From NCBI RefSeq assembly GCF_006345805.1, contig NC_042998.1, positions 84,568,001-84,632,000 on the forward strand: a DNA stretch of 64,000 nt, written 5' to 3'. Positions 41,199 to 50,096 of this stretch are shown here, one piece after another (the first letter of the stretch is position 1; the number at the start of each line of letters is the position of its first letter). The notes under the pieces are model-generated. The model was not told the origin of the DNA. It saw nothing but the letters and a program-made list of their open reading frames with translations, and did not search any database. This DNA is from Octopus sinensis. Taxonomy: Eukaryota. The position numbers were made by a program, and so were the translations under genes.

Positions 41199-41334
41199 AT
41201 TCGAGACAAAACCACTATTTTAAAACCAAACAAGGAAAGACTTAATCAAAACATAAAATTTTAATATAAATTAATGGATTTAACCCTAAATCTGATTTTT
41301 CCCTGTAATTTTGGATTCATTCCCTAATATTTAT

Positions 41335-41366
<32 letters not shown>

Positions 41367-41527
41367 CATTTCTGACAGGGATTTAGCTAAAAAAAACAAA
41401 AAAACACTGATAAATGAATCGTCTCTGTGCATTTCACAAATGGAACAAATGGTTGATTCACTAACACCAAATTCACAGCCCACTACAGAGAAGCTTCTAT
41501 TGATCCTGTTCTCTTGATCATACCTAC

Positions 41528-41630
41528 CTTTTTCCTATAGGGAAAGGTACTCATTTACAATATTAAGATCAGGTGCCTTCATATTTTTTCTGTTCATTGA
41601 CCCTATATTGAGGAGTAAAAGTATGTAAAT
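41528..41630 (-). other. Candidate second exon of the minus-strand transcript
   Basis: Acceptor gtattttttatacag and tandem donors AAG|GTAGGT and TAG|GTATGA. Confidence 0.35.
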
Positions 41631-42290
41631 CTGTATAAAAAATACATGGCCTCACAGCATAGTCATGTAAACACAAGTAACAGTAGGAGCCAAGCATTGG
41701 AACTGAAACCAAATTCACATTGTTGCTGCCTCTTCATCAGACAGTCATAGGATAGGGCTAAAAGAATATATTATCCGAGTTGCTTATGAATAAATCATTA
41801 GGCTTATTCAAATAATATTGAAGCAAGAGACTTAAACATTGAAATTTTCATGGGATAAAAAGATGCAGGATATAAACAGTATATGTTGATGTTTCTTAGG
41901 GGTGGAGGTGGTGGAAATTAACGATCTGCCTAGCGCCTTTCAACAGGAGAAAAAAATTTTTTTACTTTTCTGAAAAAATAAGGTTTAGTTGAGACAGACT
42001 ATACATTTGAACTATCAAATTTAAATTTCCTTTCTGCTTTTTTCTGAAAACGTTCTTTTTCATTTCCACGATATGAAATGTATCACAACGCAAACTACAT
42101 TCAAGTGGTGGCGGTGCTAAAAAAAAAAAAAGCAAATCTTTGAAAAGTATGTTAAAGTTGTTTTTGTTTTTTTTTTATATGTGGGATATGAAGCTGATAT
42201 TTGCTCCCTTTTGTATATATCCAAACTGATTCTTGTCAATACAAACTCCCATTACTAGACTGATCGAATTCTTTAGGGTTTCGTTTAGAT

Positions 42291-44670
42291 CAGTGATTCC
42301 CAAGGTGGGGCGTACGCCCCACTGGTGGGGCCTGAGAAAATTCAGGTGGGGCGCGGGGCATAGACGTGGGCTGTGAAAATATTTGTACATGACGAGCGGT
42401 CATTGCGGGCACAACCTTAGATTCCGTCTTTCCTTTGAAGCCTCCACATCGGAAACTCTCGCACCCCAGCAAGACAAAGAAGATCCCGCACTGAGCAATA
42501 AACTTACTATTCAGATAAGCCAATCAATTGCCTCAATTAGTTTGCCTCAATTAGTCTTTTGTTAGCCCTATTGAAAATGAGCAAACCAAACAAGAAGAAG
42601 ACTCGTCAATACGCGGTGGAGTTTTTGAAGTTTGGATTCATTCCTGATGAGCATGATGAGCGTAAACCGTTTTGCTTATTATGTAATCAGACGATGAGCA
42701 ATGAGTCAATGAAGGCAGGTAGGCTGGAAGCGCACTTAAAGGTAAGACATCCTAATAATTCTAATTTAGATTTGGAATACTTCAAATCATTGAAAGAAAA
42801 ATTTAAAAACCGAACAAAACTCACTTCACTATTTCATGCAAAACAAGCGCCTCATACTCGTGCCCTTGAAGCCAGCTACGAAATCTCCTTGCTTATAGCA
42901 AAACATGGAAAGAATCACACTATTGGAGAGCAACTGATTAAACCTGCTATCTCAATATTCTTAAAAACTGTATTACAAAAAGATGATGGAGATATCAGGA
43001 CTATGCCACTCAGTAATAACACTGTCTCGAACAGAATAGATGAAATGGGGCAAGATGTTGAAAGCCAGCTCATTGAGAAATTAAAATTGCATAAGTTTTC
43101 ATTACAAATGGACGAATCCACAATCCGGGACAGTGAGGCTCTGTTATTGACTTATGTGAGGTATATTGACCACGAGGAGTTTCAGGAAGAGATGCTGTTC
43201 TGCGAATCGTTTGAAACCACCACAACTGCAAATGATATTTACATCAAAATCAAACATTATTTGGATGCAAACAAAATACCAAAGGAAAACTTACTGGCAT
43301 GTGCGGCAGACGGTGCACCTGCCATGATGGGGAAGAATACGGGATGCTTAAAAATGATGAAGGATGAAAATCCAAACATGTTGACTGTCCATTGTGTAAT
43401 ACACCGAGAAAACTTGGTTGCCAAGAAATTGTCCCCTGTTCTTAACAAGATTCTTCAAAGTGTGATCAAGTGTGTCAACAGCATTAAAAGAAATTCTAAA
43501 TCTGAACGTCTTTTTAAGCAGTTTTGTATAAATCAAAGTGCCGAACATGTTCAATTATTGCTTCATACAGAAGTAAGATGGCTATCAAGTGGAAACTGCT
43601 TAAAGAGGTTCATGGAATTATTTGATCAGATTAACGACTTTCTTAGTGATAAATGTGAAATGAAATTGCTGTCAACAACGGATGGAAAAGCATTTGTCAG
43701 TTATTTGACAGACATATTTGAGAAACTTGGAAACTTGAATAAACAACTTCAAGGTGCAAACATGACACTTATTGATGCAAAAGCAAAGATTTTTGGATTT
43801 ATTACAGCTCTCGAATTATGGAAAAAGAAATTTTCCAAAAGAAATTTCAGTGAACTTTACTGGTTGAGTAAATGTGAAATAACGAATGATGCTGGCATTG
43901 TAATTATTGATCATTTAAATATCTTGATAAAGGATTTCAATGACAGATTTTGCGATTTAAAGGCAATGAATTTTCCTTCTTGGTTAACTCAACCGCTTCT
44001 GATTAACGTTTCTGATGCTACAATCCAATACCAAGAAGAGTTATCAGAATTACAACATGATGAATCAGTGAAGACTTTGTTTAAATTGAAAGGTACAAAG
44101 ATGTGGCTATATGACGAGGTTGAAAGAAAATATCCTAAAATTTCTACATCAGCGAGAGAGCTACTGATTCCTTTCCCTTCGTCTTATTTGGTCGAATGTG
44201 GTTTTAGTGCAGTTGATAATTTGCTCGAAGCCAAGAAGAGAACCGGCTTGAGATTACAAAACGTGGCGATTTACGACTGAAATTAACAAAGTTGTCTCCT
44301 CAAATTAAAAACTTGTGCTGTATGCACCAGGCACAGGGTTCTCACTAAATTAGTCGAGCTGACCGTCAAATAATTGAACTGAAAAAACGTGTTTCTTTAT
44401 TCTTTATAAATTGACATTTTTTAAAAACATGAGAAATCGTAATAATTTTATCGATTTATTGGGTGTTATGCACTTTCAGTGCCTGTTGTTTCAATTCTCA
44501 AACTATTTTTTTTGTATTTTGAATACAATTTTTAATTTTTTTTGATTTTTTTTCAATTGTAAGTAGGCCCACATGTACTTGTAAATGTGAGTGGATATGG
44601 GAAAAGGTGGGGCGTAAAAACTTTTGCTATGAAAAAGTGGGGCGCCGGGAAAAAAGGTTGGGAAACACTG
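42291..44670 (+). mobile_element. Full-length hAT (Buster/Charlie group) DNA transposon, 2,380 bp
   Basis: TIRs CAGTGATTCCCAA and (reverse complement) CAGTGTTTCCCAA. Perfect 8-bp TSD GTTTAGAT at 42283-42290 and 44671-44678, with the central TA typical of Buster elements. Encodes a transposase. Confidence 0.97.
42577..44348 (+). CDS. hAT/Buster transposase (ZBED5/SCAND3-like) with a 1-nt frameshift near 44241
   Basis: First ATG at 42577. BED finger CLLC...HLKVRH; catalytic motifs MDEST, ADGAPAMMG, HCVIHRE, EVRWLS and YLVECGFS. The ORF stops at 44280, but the canonical tail NRLEITKRGDLRLKLTKLSPQIKNLCCMHQAQGSH* continues in another frame to TAA at 44346-44348. Confidence 0.93.
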
Positions 44671-44841
44671 GTTTAGATCATCACTGTAATCATTAATGAA
44701 AACAGTAAGGATTTAATCTAAGAAAAAAGAATTTAACCTTCAAAATAGCGATATTGTGTCTTCACAGTATTCCATAACGATTGGAAGTTAGCCTCAACTC
44801 TTACTAAAATAAAACCGTCTTTGTGTCTCGGTTTTATTTAC

Positions 44842-44915
44842 CATTTTGCTAAAGATGGTTGCCAAAACGTGACGTCAGCGAAACGACTTCCACTGTGTGG
44901 GATCAGCCAATCCTT
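44842..44915 (-). promoter_or_regulatory. Candidate core promoter and short first exon of the minus-strand gene
   Basis: CCAAT at 44907-44911, an ETS-like GGAAGT on the minus strand (about 44886-44891), a perfect CRE TGACGTCA at 44870-44877, then CAAAATG|GTAAAT donor at 44841-44840. CpG-rich context. Confidence 0.5.
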
Positions 44916-45205
44916 CCTTCAACATATAAAGAAATCCCTTGTTGCTGTACCTCACTCCTAACACAAACATATACACACAAACTTAGTAAATACAATATTA
45001 TCTTTATTTTCATTTTCCAAGTCTCTCTCCAAGCAAACCAGTTCTAAATTGCAACCGAGTTGGTAGATGAAACTTTCAAGTGGTATCATATTAATTCCTG
45101 TCTCCTCGCCAGAGACCTTCAGCTGTTGAAAGAGGGATTTGATTTCAGAGGTAGAGAGAGAGGCAGAGAAAAAGAGAGGAGAGAGAAAGATGCAGAGAAT
45201 ATGAC

Positions 45206-45244
<39 letters not shown>

Positions 45245-45263
45245 AGCAGAGCAAACAAGACGG

Positions 45264-45290
45264 TTGGCGGGCTGCGCCAAAAAATATAAA
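45264..45290. promoter_or_regulatory. Inverted pair of E2F-like sites followed by TATAAA
   Basis: TTGGCGGG at 45264-45271, GCGCCAAA at 45274-45281, TATAAA at 45285-45290, preceded by a (GA)n tract. Confidence 0.3.
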
Positions 45291-45939
45291 TAAACACGTA
45301 GAAAGAAAACAAAAAACAAAAAGAAAAAAGATATCGGTATGTCAAGAGATTGCTAGATTAACATCAAAAGAAACATAGCGAGACGAAGTAAAGTGAAAGT
45401 CAGGCAGAAAATAAAGTACGAGAATGATTATTGCTACAGACAAAAGCGATTTATATATTGGTTTAAAAAACATTTCTAATGAGTGTTTGTGTATATACAT
45501 TGGCAGTTTTATATATTTGGTATTATAAAAAAGAAATTAGAGGTTGTATAGTGGACGAAACGGAAAGGACTAAAGATAGACACCTTTCTATTTAGTCAAG
45601 CCTTCAACTTTTTCAAATTTCACTTGTAAAGAAAAATGAGAGTGGAGAAGGAAGTGTTGCCTCTTAATTTATTGAAAGATAGAGGAGAGGACAGCTGAGA
45701 GAGTTCACAGTGTTTTTGTGACACTACCACGTGTAGCCCTCGGAGGTCTGTTGAGGGGATTTTGTTTTTGAATTTCGTTTTTGGTCTTATTTTCCATGTT
45801 TACACGCTTTTATGTAATTTCACAATGTATCGTCCTTGATCTTTTTGTCAATTCTCATGGTTATAAAGAAATAATAATAATGATAATAATAATAATAATA
45901 ATTATTATTATTATTATTATCAACATCATTATTAATATA

Positions 45940-46110
45940 AACGCGGACAAAATGCTTAGCTGCATTTCTTCCGACTTTACGTTCCGAGTTCATATATCAC
46001 AATTGGCAACTTTGCTTTTAATCCTTTCAGGGTTTATAAAATAAAGTACCAGTCAAGTACCGAAGTCAATGTAATCGAGTTGCCGCTCCTCTCAAAATTA
46101 CTCATGACAA
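45940..46110 (+). mobile_element. Family B SINE, degenerate
   Basis: aaatgcttagc...gttccgagttca...ctttgcttttaatcctttcagggt...aagtaccag. Confidence 0.65.
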
Positions 46111-47299
46111 AATTAGAAAAAAAAATTATTATTGGAGAACAATATATTACTAGTTATTGCATATAGCCTATCAGAGTTAAATGCAATAATCAGTTACACA
46201 CATACAAAATATAGAGCGCAATCCCTTGGACCAAGTGACGCGTTACGTCCTCGAGCGAAGCACTGTTTCACGTTGCTCCAGTCGAGTCACTTGAAACCGA
46301 GCATCAACCATTCTGTTGGGATTCTCTGTCCTGCAAGCTGTTACATCCTGGATGTTCTGCTGGCCCATGATTAGGGGGGCCGAGACAATGTCTTTGTCTG
46401 AACGTGACTACATACAGACCTAAAGCAATCAGCGAAAGCCTACTACATGTTACTAAGTCATTTTCGATTCCAAGTAACAGCCGTAAATGAATTTACGTGC
46501 GCATGTACACACGGACACACACACACACACACGTGTGTGTGTGTGTGTGTGTGTGTGCATAGATACGGAAAAGGACAAATAAACAGAAATCCTCTCATCA
46601 GCCACGGAGACCAAACTCAGCGAGATATCGGTGCGTTTAAAACGCAAGGACTTTAAATCCATGATACTCTGGTTTTGTAAGTGATAGGAAGCAATATCAT
46701 TGAGGTGATGGAAAGCAAGGACTAAAAAGTGACGGACAACATCTTACAACTGAGACAGGAAACGACGGACATACTGTTAACATTTTTCTAAAATATATAA
46801 AACAAAATTGTAACAAAATAGTTAAATTTTTTATATTCTAGATGCTAGAGATTTCTGAATCAACTTGCCGTAAGGAAGAATGCATATAAAGAAAAAGAGT
46901 GAAGAGGATAGAGAGAAAGAAAAGGAGGAAAGATGGAGAGAAAGAATGAGGTATATAAGAACGTGTGGTGAGAGGGAGATTCGTTAAAACTTCCTTTTTT
47001 TCTTTCTTAACCCTAGTCACTATGTTTTATCACTTGGCATCCAACACATCATGTCAGACAGGTAAGAAGATATCCTACTTCCGTGAGCCATCTGAACAGT
47101 GTATGGTCGACAGTTCACGGCCGACACCACTGAATTCTGTCTGGTGCTCTTGTTACTCAAGTGCATGTAGTGTATCTTAGATTCTGGTTTCCTGTAAGTC
47201 TGCCAGACATTCCAATGCACTCTTTATGCATTTATTACTAACGGACTTAAGTATTTTTTTTTCAATTTCGTCTGAAGGTGGAGCTGTGCCCATGACCTT

Positions 47300-47620
47300 T
47301 GTAAGCCCTCTGAGATCGTTGAGTTCTATAAAGTTGGTATGTTCACCTTGAACGTATATAAATCAAACAATGTCTGTAGGTAAAACGGATGAGAAGGGAA
47401 TTTCAATAGGTTAACGGTCTACAGTGGAAATATTGGACCAAGTAGGAGGTTAATAAAGACAGGGCTACGTAGGAGATGTGACATGAGAAAAGGCGAATAT
47501 GCCAAGTGAGCCTTGATAGAAGAGGTAGACAACTAAGAAGTTTATAGAAGCAGATGCTGTTATAGTAGGGACAGAATATAGAGAGTGAGACGTCGTAGAT
47601 GTACGTTATAAAGAGCAATG
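47300..47620 (-). mobile_element. Degenerate CR1/L2-group LINE C-terminal fragment
   Basis: YDVSLSIFCPYYNSICFYKL...LTWHIRL resembles RRDVASLSLFYRYYNG.CS.EL...RHTRL in LINE ORF2 ends (from memory). Confidence 0.45.
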
Positions 47621-47864
47621 CATTATTTGTTTACCTCTTCAACATTTATGTAACTGTTACTGAAATTTCGGCATCACCTTTAGGCATTTTAGATTTTAGT
47701 CTGTCTTTTCCAAATCTTCAAATGATTCCAGAGCCAGATCATTACCAGTCACCCTTTCGAAGTGGCACACACACACACACGTAAACGTACCAACCATGTA
47801 TTAGGTCGATCAACTGACTTTCTTCATTTATACATTTCTCCACCACTACCACCATACCTCATCC

Positions 47865-48240
47865 ATTGATGTTTCTGGACACATCGTCAGTGAAGTTTTC
47901 TGGAGTCATTGGGTGTTAGAGTCTTCCATTATTAGACACCCTCACCCAAGTGACCAAATCAAAGATGATCAAGCGTCAAGCTGAGCCCAGTTAACAGAAC
48001 CCTTTCTAGAACTCACAACAGTCACCTTGAGACAACTTCCGCTGACTCCACAACCAACTTGATGGCATTTCACCTACTGGTCTTTGTGATGCCCAACATG
48101 TTACGTATTCTGCAAAGGAACTGGCTTGCAAAATCTCTGCATCCTACATTATGGAACCACACCTTGCCAAGTTTGATCAACTTTGGCTGGGTCGTCTGGG
48201 TACGAATGTCATCAGGGCCATACTGAAGCCCTAAGCACTT
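47865..48240 (-). mobile_element. HERO-like (R2 group, restriction-like endonuclease) LINE 3' end
   Basis: VGCRDFASQFLCRIRNMLGITKTSR*NAIKLVVESAEVVSR*L resembles EVGCRGF...LGI...AAE.AS.WLW. 3'UTR gggtgagggtgtc...aacacccaatgactccag...cactgacgatgtgtcc. Confidence 0.65.
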
Positions 48241-48599
48241 AAAAGATTTTGGTGCTCTAATGCAATTCAAAATATAAACAATAATCGATAAAATAATTTT
48301 TTATTTATCAAAATGAAATAAAACTAACAATAAAAATATTTTTGTATACTTCCACTTTATCTATATTTGAAAAGTTTTCTACTCTTTAATAGTAAAAAGT
48401 CTTTGATCAGATCCTCAAATTTAATCTTATGTAACATTTGCTTCCATACTTAGAACATTCTATACTTAGAATATTATTTTATTTTAGCAAATTTGAAGTG
48501 ATTTCTTTTAGTGTCGTAAACCATTTACCATATTTGTAGTATCCCTCTTTCCTTTGATGCCCTAAACATGTGCTTATTTTCCTTAATGGTTAATCCAGC

Positions 48600-48695
48600 G
48601 CCGAGCGTCATTGTTGAAAAACTCGAAACCTGGAGTCATCGAACTCCAGGAATTATCACTGATGATGTGCTCAAGTGCATCACAGAATGGTGAAT
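48600..48695 (+). mobile_element. Second HERO-like 3'UTR remnant
   Basis: actccaggaattatcactgatgatgtgctc resembles the minus-strand actccagaaaacttcactgacgatgtgtcc at about 47877-47907. Confidence 0.45.
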
Positions 48696-49398
48696 AAGAA
48701 AAAAATATACAGGAAGAAATCGAACGGCCTTCCCCTAATATATGCTTGGTACTTTTTCAAAAGAATAAACAACAATTATTTGGCTCTCATCCTGGAATCA
48801 CATTGTCACATTGTTTTAGCATACCTTCACCTGCTCGGCAGATTTCATTCTCTTCATGGTAAAATAAAAAATCATCATTCTTTACGGTGTATGGCAGAAA
48901 AAGCAGAATCAGAACACTAGACAAAATATTAACAATATTTAGTTTTGTATGTGGCAGGATTTATTTACATTTCTCTTTCACCACTACCACCCACGAGTTG
49001 CTGAGATGTGTACTAGGTAACACAGACGTGGATAGCCGTTTCGTCTACCCAACCAGGTAATATAATACAATATAAAACACATATATACTTAGGAACAAAA
49101 TGTTAAACTCCACGAAAGACTTATATATGTGCACAGAATGATGTACAGTAACCCAGGTGTTCATAAAGATGCACAAAGGCAGAGTTTGCTCTGCATTGGA
49201 AAAATCAGAGAAATGAAGAGCAGTAGGAGGAGGAAAGAAATGCTTGGTGCCGTAAGTGATGTGATGTATCCAAAAGGTTTTTGACTTAGAATCAACATCT
49301 TTAAAGCCAGGGAACATAGGACTGGTGTTTTTTACACTGGGGCAACTCTGGGCAGACCAATGCCTTCTAAGTGGCATTCGGTACAAGAAAAACTGTTC

Positions 49399-50096
49399 GT
49401 AACTAAAAAATTTTAAACTTCGTATACTGGTAGAATGTGTTTATAAAACATCATTTTCTCTTGGCTTTATTGAGAAAATTCTATAGGTTGTAACATATTT
49501 CGTCTAAAATTTCTTGCATTTCGGCAATTTTAACCAATCACTGGAGTTCATATAGGTAAATAACATTCTGTGCATAATGAATATGTCCCTCCTTTAAGAT
49601 ACAGATTGGGTTTATTTACATTTGTGAAGAAAAAAGATACCCTTCCCCCACCCCTAACCCTAAATCTAAAATAGATTGAAATGCAATAGATCGATACTAG
49701 GGTTATAATTATGGGTGACAATTTCATACGACACTGCTAAGTTTTTTTATAGCGGTGTCGTATGAAATTGTCACCCATAATTATAACCCTAGTATCGATC
49801 TATTGCGTTTCAATCTATTTTAGATTTAGGGTTAGAGTTAGGGGTGGGGGGAGGGTATCTTTTTTCTTCACAAATGTAAATAAACCCAATCTGTTTCTTA
49901 AAGGAGGGACATATTCATTATGCACAGAATGTTATTTACCTAAATGGACTCCAGTGATTGGTTAAAATTGCCGAAATGCAAGAAATTTTAGACGAAATAT
50001 GTTACAACCTATAGAATTTTCTCAATAAAGCCAAGAGAAAATGATGTTTTATAAACACATTCTACCAGTATACGAAGTTTAAAACTTTTTAGTTAC
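49399..50096. repeat. Near-perfect 698-bp palindrome (arms about 340 bp, 10-nt loop)
   Basis: 49399-49739 is the reverse complement of 49750-50096, with few substitutions and one 6-bp indel in a ccctaa-like motif. Confidence 0.95.

Noticed and set aside
42514-42565. Small intron in the transposase 5'UTR
   Set aside because: An acceptor-like tttttgttag is present, but the putative donor reads ATAAGC rather than GTAAGC and the intron would be only about 52 nt.
42559-44280. Domesticated ZBED/SCAND3-type host gene
   Set aside because: Intact TIRs and TSD indicate a recent transposon. The TTG start in the ORF track is less likely than the ATG at 42577.
46516-46556. Hairpin from (CA)n followed by (TG)n, and similar (TATC)n(GATA)n at about 61238-61270
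   Set aside because: Low-complexity microsatellite inversions with no evidence of function.
48655-48700. Hammerhead ribozyme or C/D-box snoRNA at ctgatgatg
   Set aside because: No properly placed GAAA and stems, and no D box with a terminal stem. Better explained as a LINE 3'UTR remnant.
49652-49845. Interstitial telomere or chromosome-fusion site
   Set aside because: Only two or three CCCTAA/TTAGGG units, embedded in the arms of a repeat element.
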